A stretch of 62,998 nt of DNA, filler included, from Octopus bimaculoides (taxonomy: Eukaryota): the NCBI RefSeq assembly GCF_001194135.2. It is 10 parts of 8 records of this genome, joined end to end, with 100 filler letters (N's around TTAATTAATTAA, not from the genome) between each part and the next. Parts side by side here need not be neighbours in the genome. Positions count along the whole stretch, not along the records: positions 1 to 9,384 come from NC_068982.1; positions 9,485 to 12,598 come from NC_069009.1; 8 more parts are not named here. One strand, given 5' to 3'. Positions 1 to 12,060 of the stretch are shown here, one piece after another. Under the pieces are notes generated by a model, which was not told where the DNA came from, made no database searches, and saw nothing but the letters and a program-made list of their open reading frames with translations. Position numbers and translations under genes: made by a program. Positions within the stretch are counted from its first letter, which is position 1; each line of letters starts with the position of its first letter.

Positions 1-2595
1 AGTTGGTTATACATCTTTAGATGTATACCTGACTTTCCTACTATAAAATTAATGAATATAACGGAACGCTGAACTCCAGACTATCAACTTAAACAACATT
101 TATTCAGGTGGTAAATATATGCATCTTTAGTTCTTGTTGTTACAGCTTCTGTGTGTATGAGCATAGTTGTTTGGACGTTGTTCTATAGATGTGAGCGAGC
201 TGTCGAGCGTAAGTCCGAAAGATGTAGAGAGACAGCTTAAACACACGTCCATGCTCAATCGCTGGCCAGCATGAAAGAGAATGAATTGAGCGGGAACGCT
301 TGCTTGTTTAATTCTACGCATGCGTCGGCGTTACTACAAATTTTCTACATAAGCTTTGTTCAAATATAAACACTGCAAAATCCTCTGAAGCGTTTCTTTT
401 TTTTTTTTTCTAAGTCAGTAAATATGAAATAAATATTTCTACAGCAGCCTTTTACACTATAGTATAAATTGTTGCCAAAAGATTATATACATCGAAATCA
501 ACACTGTCGCAAAACAAAACATCAAAAATAATTTCAACAGAGCATCCAAACCCAGATGTAATATTAACTGGTTAAAGAATCATTTTAATGTGACCAGCGA
601 AGCAGTCTTAGTATTAAAAACGGATACCTATTATCTACACATTTGAATCTACGGAAGAAAGAACGCTGTGGCTTTTACGAAGTACTAATGATGCCGAAAG
701 CAAAATTAAAAGACAAATTCGTTTAAACCATTTAATATAACTCTTTCAGTAAATGTAGAACGACTCATAAAATCTATTTAATTTGAGAAAATATTTTCAA
801 AAATTATACCATATTAGTTACTAGCGTCACACAAGTCAGTACAGCTATATTGAGCAACGAAATACGAAGCAGATACATTTTATGTTAGCATGAGGGCAGT
901 TTCAGCACAGCTGAAATCCATGTATTCTCGGTTTGTTTTCACTCAACATCATACAAAAACGTTTGATGACAACAGCGTAAGTTTATACTTATATGGATGA
1001 CAGTCTTATTTTAAATTGTGCGAGCTGATGTTGTTTAACCAAAGGCCAGCTCTAATCAAGCAGGTGTATAAGAATACGCCTTCTGTTCTTGACTACCTAG
1101 TATTTTGCGGCGTATCTAGGATTGTATTATGCAATGTGTTTTTTCCTGTCTTGAAGAGGGTGGGAGTGAATCGAGGGAGATTTTGCTGCTATTTCTAGTA
1201 CGTAGAATGATCACATAGAAGCACTTCCGCTGGCCTAAGGTTGTCGTTTACACGAGCCTCTCAAGAAATACACTATTTATAATGCGGATACCACCTGAGA
1301 AAACACCTGAATCAGTTATGCGAAGCTCAGAGATCAGCCACTAAAAATATTGCTAGTACTAGAGCAGCAATTCTTTGGCTTGATTAATAAAGAACATCAC
1401 TCGCGAAATTTATTTTGGAGATCAAAAGATGAAGAGATAATTCTGAACAGAGCATCAACGTGTAGAAATAGCTCAGTTTCAATACAATTTCTCCTTCTTA
1501 AATGAGTAAAAAAAAAAAATTTTTTAAAAAAATCTCTGCCATATTTTCCGACCCACTTCAATTCAGAATAAAAATTTTGAATTAATTTCAACTTGCCGCC
1601 ACATATCCAAATTCCTTCTCATTAAATCAAATCACAAGGAAGACTCCATTGATGCATGCAGTATTATAATAAATAATATTTGACATCAGTGGTTATGTAG
1701 CCGATTTATGATATTTGATGCTGTTCAAAAGTTTCAGCTGCTATCAGTTACGCCTTTCAACCTAATAATGAATATAAATGACCGAACAAAGACAGAGATG
1801 GCTGCAGGGAAAGCTTTAAGTATGGCTTTGGTACGATAATCTCTGTCTTTCTCTCTCCCTTTCGTTGTATCTTTCTCTCTGTAATACGTACCCGTGCACA
1901 CACTCGCGTGCGCGTAGACACGCAGAAACACACAATGTATGTAAATATATGTGTGTATGCTTATGATAAATGTAAAGTACACATGATTACGTATAATCCG
2001 ATCCATGGTTTCGTTCAATGGGTCTCTTGCTAGATTGTACACAACAGATATTTTCTTTTTACATGTCTTAGATGATGAAGGACAGCATGACTCATCTTTT
2101 ACAGGGCTACCGAAACTGGTGGAAGGACCGTGTCCTTAAACCAGAGACCAGACTCTAATGTTTGCTGCGGCGTGGACTCTGAGGAAGGAGGTGTTAAGCT
2201 GGAGGATGGATTAAGTTTCTAAGAACCGCTATGCTTACTCTGATGTTCTTCCACATAGGTTCTGTCCATAAAAATTTCACATCGCGAGGCTTTGGACTAT
2301 GATAGATGACATTTATCCAAGGCTTCGTGAAGTGGGATAAGGTTCAAAAGTAACGAACTTCTTAAGCACACAGCCATGACAAAAAATTTAATTAATAATG
2401 TTTTAAATTGCACTCACTATGCATTCAGGTAATCACCGGTTCTTTGATGTCAATTGCTAGTGTTGGTAGGCCAGCAGAAATGAAGTCAGGACCACACTTT
2501 TATTTACTAAGAAACATTTCAAAAATATGAAAAAAAAAAAAGGAAAAAGAAAAAAACCGAGACAAAAGAGGGTGCAAAACAGCGGAAGTCAGAGA

Positions 2596-2724
2596 GGGAG
2601 GGGCGATGGGCCACATGCCCCAGAACAAGTGGGGTGCTCGGCCGCGCCCCGCGGTAATGACCACGGTTACGTTGTTGCGGAGAATGGCCAACGACACTCG
2701 GTGGAGCAAGAACTCTAACTCGCG
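2596..2724 (-). mobile_element. 3' fragment of a REL-endonuclease (R2/CRE-group) non-LTR retrotransposon
   Basis: Translates RELEFLLHRVSLAILRNNVTVV, resembling the FLxQRxSxAIxRGN C-terminal motif of REL LINEs; abuts an N-gap. Confidence 0.55.
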
Positions 2725-3274
2725 NNNNNNNNNNNNNNNNNNNNNNNNNNNNNNNNNNNNNNNNNNNNNNNNNNNNNNNNNNNNNNNNNNNNNNNNNNNN
2801 NNNNNNNNNNNNNNNNNNNNNNNNNNNNNNNNNNNNNNNNNNNNNNNNNNNNNNNNNNNNNNNNNNNNNNNNNNNNNNNNNNNNNNNNNNNNNNNNNNNN
2901 NNNNNNNNNNNNNNNNNNNNNNNNNNNNNNNNNNNNNNNNNNNNNNNNNNNNNNNNNNNNNNNNNNNNNNNNNNNNNNNNNNNNNNNNNNNNNNNNNNNN
3001 NNNNNNNNNNNNNNNNNNNNNNNNNNNNNNNNNNNNNNNNNNNNNNNNNNNNNNNNNNNNNNNNNNNNNNNNNNNNNNNNNNNNNNNNNNNNNNNNNNNN
3101 NNNNNNNNNNNNNNNNNNNNNNNNNNNNNNNNNNNNNNNNNNNNNNNNNNNNNNNNNNNNNNNNNNNNNNNNNNNNNNNNNNNNNNNNNNNNNNNNNNNN
3201 NNNNNNNNNNNNNNNNNNNNNNNNNNNNNNNNNNNNNNNNNNNNNNNNNNNNNNNNNNNNNNNNNNNNNNNNNN

Positions 3275-5210
3275 GAAATAAATTCGAATACAAAAATATT
3301 TTTCTGTTCTATAACACAAAATAGATAAGTATACGAAGTTTGAAAGTCTTTCCGTACCAAAAACACTACGTAAAACATTAATGAAAAATGTGGCCCCCGT
3401 TTTAAAATAGATCCACCTTGTCTAATACTGATCATGTAAAAGGCGGCGAGCTGGCAGAAACGTTAGCACGCCGGGCGAAATGCTTAGAAGTATTTCGTCT
3501 GTTTTTACGGTCTGAGTTCAAATTCCACCGAGGTCGACTTTGTTTTTCATCCTTTCGGGGTCTATAAATTGAGTACCAGTTGTGTACTGGGTCGATCTAA
3601 TTGACTGGCTCCCCTCCCCCTAAATTTCGCGCCTTGTGTTTAGAGTAGAAAAGAATATTGGTCACGTAATGTAGTATCTCCTGTATTTCTTGAATTTTCA
3701 AATATATCCCGAAAGTGCTTTGGGGTTTGTTCCCCAGATGTCGCAATGGAATGTGCCGTTGTGGTAGAACTGGTGATTTTTAAAGAAATGTTCTTTGAGT
3801 TTCACATAGCTTGTTGCTATTAATGGCGAATAAATTCTATATTTCAGCAATTGTATATCAGCTACTTTCACAGTTTATTTACATTAGGGCACGAAATAAT
3901 ACTTTAGATGTTCAGCGTGCAAGTTGTTGCTTATCTCTATGCGGTTTCTGCTGAGTTATCCGTGACATTTGTAACCATTCCAGAACTATTTTCAGACTAG
4001 GGAGAGAAAATGCCTTGCGATATTGGTTTTTGTATAAATATCATAGTTATACTGTTTAACATTTTAACTAGCGACAGCTCTATTTTTAAAACAGTTGCTT
4101 GTCATTATTGGTGAATATATGATTTATTCTTGAGATCAATTGCGCGCCTTGCAGTGCTATGCGTTCCTGTTAAAGGTGGTTTCATCGGAAGACAATATAC
4201 ATATCTTCTTGATCATGCTTATAGCAACATGCTTAATGACATTCGAAATGTCTTTAAAATGTATGTAGATATATATACTGTGGTGCTATTTGGTTTCTTA
4301 AAGAACTCGTAGAATTTCGAGTTTAGTTTAAGTGCTATACCAAAGAGGTTAGTATCTTAAAGTTCGCTTTGAATGTCATCAGGATTTGTTGAAGGTTGTA
4401 ATTATTCGTTTCCTGAAGGTATCGGTTGCATGCCCATCCGCGCTATTCGAGACTCTACTCCCTCATCTCAATACAGGTCATTAAAATATCTCACTGATAA
4501 GTCCGCCGGTTTCAGCTCAATCAAAGCGACCCATAGTGACATCGAAATCATAGTTTTGCTTTTCGTATTCCAGAAAGCGTCTTTACTAAAAAAAAGGAGT
4601 GATCTCCTAACATGCATGGAATTCTGCAGGTCGCCTTGTGGAAATTCCATGGTCTTTTTAGAAAATGATATCGGCTTTTGGAAAGATAAGAGTTAACGAT
4701 ATATTGGATAAATTTGCATTCTTTTTTTGTCTTTATTTTTTTCAATGCCATTAAACAATATAATAACTCACGTTATGTTATTCCATAGATTCACATGCGT
4801 AAATTGCTTTCTTCAGCGCTTACTTTCTCTAAGATCATTTTGCAAACCATACGCAAATCACATTTGGCAGGTGTTTATACAAATGAGTCAACATTTGATT
4901 GAGTTCTCGAAGTTGTTTTTGTGGTGTCATTCAGTGTGATGAAATATGGTGTTTTAGCAAAGCATTTAAGTTTGTCTTTAATGTTATGTTTTATGACAAC
5001 GCGTTGTCTTTCCATGTTGATTTCATTGTACACGTTTCTGTTATTTTTTTTCTTCCTATTTGTATGGATGCTGTTCTGCGTGAACTTGTAAATGTCTTTG
5101 CATATCTCGTATAAACTCCTCGTTGTTTCTCAGCGAATAAGAATACGTTTTCTTAAGTTGTTATTGTTGAAAATCGAGTCTACTTGGAACAAGAAAGTGT
5201 TATTTCTGTT
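3275..5210 (-). mobile_element. Degenerate Penelope-like element (RT plus C-terminal GIY-YIG region), many stops and frameshifts
   Basis: Minus-strand fragments in the expected order: KCFAKTPYFITLND (cf. FITLKDHK), NYDFDVTMGRFD*AETGGLI (cf. FDVTMGSxDGAE), TKTNIARHFLSLV, SILKRGPHF, CYRTEKYF. Collinear with the better-preserved RT at 19187-19869. Confidence 0.7.
3440..3655 (+). mobile_element. tRNA-derived SINE family A, inserted into the Penelope-like element
   Basis: Head aaggcggcgagctggcagaaacgttagc, body gttcaaattcc...ttcatcctttcggggtc. Diverged 16-bp TSD aatactgatcatgtaa (3424-3439) / aatattggtcacgtaa (3654-3669). Confidence 0.85.
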
Positions 5211-5439
5211 TTAAAATCCTTCATTCTTTACTTAACTAAACTTATTTCATAATGCAACTCATTCTTTACACACGCAAACACACACATTCCACATACATAC
5301 AAACGAGCAGTCACATAATACATACATACACACATGCACACACAAATACATGCATACATACATACATACATACATACATACATACATACATACATAATGG
5401 TTGTCCATTCGTGATCAAGGAAAACCATTACTGATTATT

Positions 5440-6160
5440 TCTCTTGCAACACGTCAGTAGTACCCATGCATAGGGTTATTGCACTCGCGGTTGGATTCAC
5501 CCGGCTTCCTTGCTCGCCGCGGTGCCTTCCAGGATCTTCCAGACATATATTATGGCATATCTTTCTCGCCTACGCCCTAAGGAATAGAGTCTTAATCTCT
5601 TGAGTCTTTCCCAATAGTTTATATGCTGCATAGAGGCTATCTTCTTCGTGTAGCTTCGTTGGATTACCTCAAGTTCTGAGATTAATTTGACACTGGTTGG
5701 TGACCATAGCTGAGAGCAATAGTCAAAGTGGCTTAGGACAAGTGTTCTCCAGAGGACCATCATGGTTTCCTGATCTCTTGTTCTAAAAGTTCTAAGAATC
5801 CATCTAGTCAGCTGCATGCATTTCATTGCCAATTTGGCTACATGCACATGGAAGGATGCATCATTACTCTTGTAAATGCCCAGGTCTTGCACTGACTGTG
5901 CCTCTGGGATTGCAATCCCTCCAGGTCCAGTGTATTTAATGGGTATTGCATTTAGTTTTGCATGCCGATAGCACAAGGCTTGAAACTGCATGCTATTCTT
6001 TTCAGCCCACTTGTATATTTCATCCAGCTCACATTGCAGGTGCATAGTGTCTTCAGGGTTCTGCATTACCTGTGAGACTTTTGTATCATCTGCATAACTT
6101 GTGATCGTGACTCTGTGTGTGGCTGAAGGCATGTCTGAGAGGGCCATTATGAACAGTAGT
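5440..6160 (-). mobile_element. CR1/L2-like LINE, C-terminal half of reverse transcriptase
   Basis: ORF 5497-6147: ITSYADDTKV, DLGI, WILRTFRTRD, LVLSHFDYCSQLWSP, YWERLKRLRLYSLGRRRERY. Confidence 0.9.
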
Positions 6161-7098
6161 NNNNNNNNNNNNNNNNNNNNNNNNNNNNNNNNNNNNNNNN
6201 NNNNNNNNNNNNNNNNNNNNNNNNNNNNNNNNNNNNNNNNNNNNNNNNNNNNNNNNNNNNNNNNNNNNNNNNNNNNNNNNNNNNNNNNNNNNNNNNNNNN
6301 NNNNNNNNNNNNNNNNNNNNNNNNNNNNNNNNNNNNNNNNNNNNNNNNNNNNNNNNNNNNNNNNNNNNNNNNNNNNNNNNNNNNNNNNNNNNNNNNNNNN
6401 NNNNNNNNNNNNNNNNNNNNNNNNNNNNNNNNNNNNNNNNNNNNNNNNNNNNNNNNNNNNNNNNNNNNNNNNNNNNNNNNNNNNNNNNNNNNNNNNNNNN
6501 NNNNNNNNNNNNNNNNNNNNNNNNNNNNNNNNNNNNNNNNNNNNNNNNNNNNNNNNNNNNNNNNNNNNNNNNNNNNNNNNNNNNNNNNNNNNNNNNNNNN
6601 NNNNNNNNNNNNNNNNNNNNNNNNNNNNNNNNNNNNNNNNNNNNNNNNNNNNNNNNNNNNNNNNNNNNNNNNNNNNNNNNNNNNNNNNNNNNNNNNNNNN
6701 NNNNNNNNNNNNNNNNNNNNNNNNNNNNNNNNNNNNNNNNNNNNNNNNNNNNNNNNNNNNNNNNNNNNNNNNNNNNNNNNNNNNNNNNNNNNNNNNNNNN
6801 NNNNNNNNNNNNNNNNNNNNNNNNNNNNNNNNNNNNNNNNNNNNNNNNNNNNNNNNNNNNNNNNNNNNNNNNNNNNNNNNNNNNNNNNNNNNNNNNNNNN
6901 NNNNNNNNNNNNNNNNNNNNNNNNNNNNNNNNNNNNNNNNNNNNNNNNNNNNNNNNNNNNNNNNNNNNNNNNNNNNNNNNNNNNNNNNNNNNNNNNNNNN
7001 NNNNNNNNNNNNNNNNNNNNNNNNNNNNNNNNNNNNNNNNNNNNNNNNNNNNNNNNNNNNNNNNNNNNNNNNNNNNNNNNNNNNNNNNNNNNNNNNNN

Positions 7099-7230
7099 CT
7101 TTCCCAGTAGCAGACATGTTGCATTGAGACGATTTTCTTAGTGTAGCTTCGTTGGATTGCTTCGAGTTCCGCTGTTGATTTTTTATTGTGTGGAGACCAT
7201 AGTTGGGAGCAATAGTCTAAGCGGCTGAGT
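7099..7230 (-). mobile_element. Second diverged fragment of the same CR1-like LINE
   Basis: gtgtagcttcgttggattgcttcgagttc...gaccatagttgggagcaatagtc closely matches about 5648-5730. Confidence 0.7.
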
Positions 7231-7263
7231 ATGTATATATGTATACCTGTATATATATGTATA

Positions 7264-7306
<43 letters not shown>

Positions 7307-7359
7307 GTATGTATATGTATATCTATGTATGTATATGTATATCTAGATATGTATATGCA

Positions 7360-7406
<47 letters not shown>

Positions 7407-7425
7407 ATATATGTATGTATATATT
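7231..7425. repeat. Compound (TA)n/(TATG)n/(TATC)n microsatellite
   Basis: Direct inspection; explains ORFs 7231-7434 and 7325-7519. Confidence 0.95.
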
Positions 7426-7724
7426 TGTGAGTAGAGTTAGCGGTTATAATAACCAACTAAGAGATAAGATATCCGTATATACTATCGGTAACCGTTACCT
7501 ATGTTTTCTCTCGGTATAGGTGTGCAGGCATATGACAAAATAATCTTAATGCTAAAGGGTTAACTTTTTTTTCCCTTCTGTCTTTAAATAATAATCCGTC
7601 TGAGACCGTCCCTTGTTCTGATACAAGCTTCCGATTTAAAGTGACTTCATGTTAATTTATGTTCCAAACACATGCTTTATAATGACAAAGTTATTCTACT
7701 AAATTGTCACATGTGGCGTGATGT

Positions 7725-7920
7725 CAGAATATTTACTACGTCGGGCAAAAATTCTCAGCGGTATTTTTTTTCCCGGCTCTTTACGTGTTGAGCTCAAATC
7801 TTACCGAAGTCAATTTTGCCTTTCATCCTTTCGGGGTGACAAACTAAAGTACCATTTAAGCTCTGAAATCAATGTAGTCGATTAGCTGTCTCCTCCAAAA
7901 TATCAGGCCCTGCTTGAGGC
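7725..7920 (+). mobile_element. Degenerate SINE family A
   Basis: gagctcaaatcttaccgaagtcaattttgcctttcatcctttcggggtgac. Confidence 0.7.
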
Positions 7921-7924
7921 TATT

Positions 7925-8210
7925 CTTTTATTCGTTTCAGACATTTGATTGCGGCCATACTGGAGCACCGCCTTTTTAGTCGAAGAAATCGACCCCAGTA
8001 CTTATTCTTTGTAAGCCTTATACTTATTCCATCGATCACTATTGCTGAACCGGGGACATTACGGGGATGTAAACACACCAACATCAGTTGTCAAGCGATG
8101 GTCGGGGAGACCCAAGGCTGTAGAAGACACTTTCCCAAGCTGCCACGCAGGGAGTTGGGGACTGAACCTGGAACTATTTGGTTGGGAAGCAAGCTTCTTA
8201 CCACACAACA
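7925..8210 (-). mobile_element. SINE family B, internally deleted
   Basis: gcggccatactggagcaccgcc...aaacacaccaacatcagttgtcaagcgatg...aagcttcttaccacac; matches full copies at 27137 and 44462. Confidence 0.85.
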
Positions 8211-8984
8211 ATAGAAAGGATTTTACTAAATTTATTAAAATTTAGTAAAATCTTCATTATTTTCAAAATTAACTGAAGCAAAATCAATGTTTTCATCCGA
8301 AATCTGATAATGATAGAGTTAACATCATGACCTGACACTATGAATGCCTTTAGCGAGTCTACGTTGTTACAAGCCTCCAGGATAAGTCTCCAGGGTGAGT
8401 ATTTACATTTCTTTCTTTTCTTTCATTTGTCTCGAAGGCTCTGTGTTTGTGTTTTTTTCTCTGACTAAAAGATAAAAAAAAAACAACTTTTAAATTTGTC
8501 CAGTGCCATGGCGAAGAACGAAGAATGTAATCTCTATGGATGTAATCTCTATCCGGTCTTCTCATCTTTAACCCATAATAACCCAGGTTAACCCTGTCAA
8601 AATTTTGAAGATAATTACATAAATAGGGATAGCAAGCATACGGAAGCGTCCAGTTAACATTTATTGCAGTCAATAAGCCAAATACAATGATTAAATAAAT
8701 ACAAGCACTATTTTGCGTCCAGTTAACCTTTATTGCAGTAAACAAACCAAATACAACTCTCCTCAAACGAGGACAGTGGGTTAAAATGGGGCGAATTTTC
8801 AGGAATACTTTTTAGAATAGGAGACTGATATTTATCAGTTTGAGAACTATAAGACTAGACGAGTGGTTCTCAACCATTTTTTGCCCATGAACCCTATTTA
8901 TTCCTATTTTACTCTGCTGGATCCCCATGTCAAAAAAAAAAAAAAAGTCCTATTATATTTATATAATTAAATATTAATAGAAGT

Positions 8985-9130
8985 TGTATCTTTTATCTTT
9001 TACTTATTTCGATCATTGGACTGCCGAACCGCTAAGTTGCGGGGACGTAAACACACCAACACTGGTTGTCAAGCGATGGAGAGGGAGAAACACAGATAGA
9101 CAGACACAGACACACACATACATATATACA
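8985..9130 (-). mobile_element. SINE family B 3' fragment
   Basis: ccgaaccgctaagttgcggggacgtaaacacaccaac...gtcaagcgatgg. Confidence 0.8.
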
Positions 9131-9280
9131 GACACACACACATACACACGCGTGCACACATACACACGCGTGCACACATACACACACCCGAGTGTGTATG
9201 ATTGTGTATAGAAGAATATATTAATCAATGAAATTCCAATTTAGTCTGATTTTCACGTTTTATCATTTGCAATTTTTACA

Positions 9281-9322
9281 ATAAACGAGTATTTTCATGT
9301 ATTACGCAATCATCAGGTTTAT
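9281..9322 (-). ncRNA. Minimal type-I hammerhead ribozyme motif, slightly decayed
   Basis: AUAAAC-CUGAUGA-uugcguaauacau-GAAA-aua-CUC/GUUUAU. Perfect 6-bp helix I; near-palindromic helix III AAUACU; weak helix II. Confidence 0.55.
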
Positions 9323-9484
9323 GTAGTGACAGGCGTGTTCGACAATTGACAACTGTGCGTGTGTGTTTATATATATATATATATNNNNNNNNNNNNNNNN
9401 NNNNNNNNNNNNNNNNNNNNNNNNNNNNTTAATTAATTAANNNNNNNNNNNNNNNNNNNNNNNNNNNNNNNNNNNNNNNNNNNN

Positions 9485-9800
9485 TGTTATACATTTGTGA
9501 GAGAATATTAAACATTATGACTAAAGAATTAGAAGAGAGACGAAATGAAAAGTAGATTACGATATTGTTGATAATTTTTTGTTGGTGTGTGGGCAGTGAT
9601 GAATATGAGGGTGAGGCAGAGGAGAAGAAAATATTGTGGGTGTGATGATGACGAAGGTGTTAGGAGGCTGCTGATGGGGCTGATGTTGTTAATGTTGATG
9701 ATCCTGATAATGATGGGGAACAGAAGTTTTATTGTGATGATGAACGTGACATTGATGTTGATGTTGGTGGTGATGAAGATGACGGTTTTGAAGATTGTGT
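9485..9800. repeat. Duplicate of 10601-10935, the segment flanking the LRR exon acceptor
   Basis: Shared tgtgagagaatatt...gaaaagtagattac...aaaatattgtgggtgtgatgatgacgaaggtgttaggaggctgctgatgggg...gatgacggttttgaagattgt; offset about 1116 bp. Confidence 0.9.
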
Positions 9801-9809
9801 ATCTGCAAG

Positions 9810-10020
9810 AGAAGAAGATGAAAAAGAAAAAGAAGAAAAAGTACGAGAAGAAGACGAAGGAGAATAAGATGAAGGAGGAGAAGAAGCAGAAGGAGGAAGA
9901 AAAGAACACGAAGAAAAATAAGGAGACGAAGAAGAAGACAAGAAGAAGGAAGAGAAGAAGAAGAAAAGAAGAAGGAAGAGAAGAAGAAGACAAGAAGAAG
10001 GAAGAGAAGAAGAAGACTGA
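9810..10020. repeat. Degenerate (GAA)n purine tract
   Basis: Direct inspection; explains the K/E-rich ORF 9587-10066. Confidence 0.9.
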
Positions 10021-10494
10021 GGAGAATGGTGATGGTAATGATGACGAGGATGAAGACAGGTCATGATGATGGTGTCGTTGGGGAATGGAGTTTTAGAGGA
10101 CGGGAAGAAGTATTGGATGAAATAGAAGCATACAAGAGGACAAGCAACAACAACAAGAATGAGTTTATATATTAACGTATGAATCATCTGAGGCTAAAGA
10201 TGCGATTACAAAGATTATCTAAGGATGTTACTTAGTTTCTATGTAGAAGTAAACACCATGCGTAATGTGCACAGATGTTAATACGCCCGCATACACACGC
10301 ATACACTAAATGCTTACCCTCAAGTAACACGTTCTTATACATCCAATATCTTAGAAATGGGTCCACACTCACATTCACAGAATTTCATGAACAATAAAAC
10401 GCAAGTATAGAAAGACGATGTGTACGGGAAGACATTACAGAATTATAAAGATATCGTCAACGAAATAATATGAAATGAGATTCATTTAACTTAC

Positions 10495-10566
10495 AGACTT
10501 TTTAAACTGGACAGATTTTGGAAGGTTTCGGCTTTGATTTCTTTGATATCGTTTATACCCAAATTC
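10495..10566 (-). CDS. Internal 72-nt exon encoding one leucine-rich repeat (NLGINDIKEIKAETFQNLSSLKSL) of an extracellular LRR protein
   Basis: attttatgttgcAG / 72 nt / GTaagtt; phase 2-2; fits xLxxNxIxxIxxxxFxxLxxLxxL. The 72-nt phase 2-2 exon is the typical one-repeat-per-exon design of LGR/RXFP-type receptors and related LRR genes. No other exon identified, so the gene is not named. Confidence 0.85.
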
Positions 10567-10934
10567 CTGCAACATAAAATTGAGTTACAAAGAACAATTA
10601 TGGAATAAATGTGTGAGAGAATATTTAATATTACGTCTAAATAATTGGATGATAGAAGATATGAAAAGTAGATTACACCCATGATGAGCTTCATGACGGC
10701 GGATAGGTGTGGAAACAGTGATAAATATGATGATGAGACAGACGAGCAGAAAATATTGTGGGTGTGATGATGACGAAGGTGTTAGGAGGCTGCTGATGGG
10801 GCTGATGTTGTTAATGTTGATTATTCTGATAATGATGGGGAACAGAAGTTTTATTGTGATGATGAACATGACATTGATGTTGATGTTGGTGGTGATGTTC
10901 TCTGTTGGTGATGAAGATGACGGTTTTGAAGATT

Positions 10935-12060
10935 GTAGTCTGTTGGCGCCTCACCAAGTCGGAGCGCCTCCTCTTCACATTTTTGTGGAGAGGTACGTTT
11001 GGTGAGGTGTCCATCTGCTGCCAGCACACTATGTGATGGGATGGGCACACCGTGGCTAATGATGCGTACACATGCGCTGAGGATGCAATATCTCCAGATA
11101 TTCTGCCTAAACGGAGAACACCTGTAGTCACCGTTTGTCAAACATGCACTTTCTCAACTCATCTCCGAGGTCAGGAAGAAACCCAATCAGAGTGACTGAC
11201 ATCTGGAATGTTGCCGAGAACTCACTGGTGGGAAAAATCGGTCAGTGGGGTATCAACACTTCAAATTCTGTAGAGATTTACTAGTGGAAAATTACGATGA
11301 CGTACTCATAGGGGTTCTGGGCGTTATCGAGGTCGAACTGACAAATCTGTTACTGAGGATGTTTGAGCCGGGGCCGATGGATAACTTCCAGAAATCCCTT
11401 ACTTCGCAGTGCTGCCAGGGAATACTGCCTATCCGAGATAAACTCTGCAGGCACGGAGGTGCTCTCACACGAATCTGCCCTCATTACACAGAGCGACAAA
11501 ACCGTTCTGCAAGCAGTCGTTCAGTTTCATGCAATACTGACTTGTGGAGTTATGTCGAACAGCTGTTGTTGCGTGCATGATGCATCTGTCTATAGGCAGA
11601 GTCCATAGTGAAGACCGACCCGTCGCCTTCTTTGGCCAGGAAGGGCAAGGAATTTTCCTCTGTCCGGTAGCAGTAGCGAAAGAGTTTGTATGTTGGGGCA
11701 GGTTGCCATGACTAGAGACAGACATTTCTCTTCGGCCAAACCCTGATCAATTATTTCAGANNNNNNNNNNGGCCGGAGAAAGAAGCGATGCCCCCCCACC
11801 ATTACATTTGCTGAAAGGTGTGGGAATGTAGCGAAACTGGCCCGCCTGAGTGGTTCTACATTAATGCGTCTTTAGGGTGGTGAGTTTGAGGAGGAAAGTT
11901 TTACCCTTCCAAGTACCATCAGAACCAGGGGGTACCTCAGCAAACCCTGGATGGTCATCATCCCTACTGAGGGAAATGTCATTGTACTAATTTTCTTGTC
12001 CCATGTTTCTTGTTATTGTTTTTGTAACTGTTTACTCGTTGTTTTCTGTTAAATCCACAC
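10935..12060 (-). mobile_element. Degenerate ORF1-like (gag/RRM) remnant of an L1/Tx1-type LINE
   Basis: GC-richer block with broken frames SVTLIGFLPDLGDELRKCMFDK and IISHGVPIPSHSVLAADGH, resembling LINE ORF1; no intact motif. Confidence 0.4.

Noticed and set aside
146-208. Plus-strand AG...GTAAGT 63-nt candidate exon (SVCMSIVVWTLFYRCERAVE)
   Set aside because: No recognisable domain or partner exon; could be chance.
906-976. Plus-strand candidate exon ending at gtaagttt
   Set aside because: Open in one frame only, no homology recognised.
2065-2130. aTGATGA...GCTACC GAAAC hammerhead-like pattern
   Set aside because: C3 missing, G at position 17 and no helix I.
8625-8760. About 40-bp direct repeat and ORF 8359-8766
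   Set aside because: Only two diverged copies (not CRISPR-like); the peptide has no recognisable family.
9587-10066. K/E-rich 159-aa ORF
   Set aside because: Translation of (GAT)n/(GAA)n low-complexity DNA; starts at a non-ATG codon.
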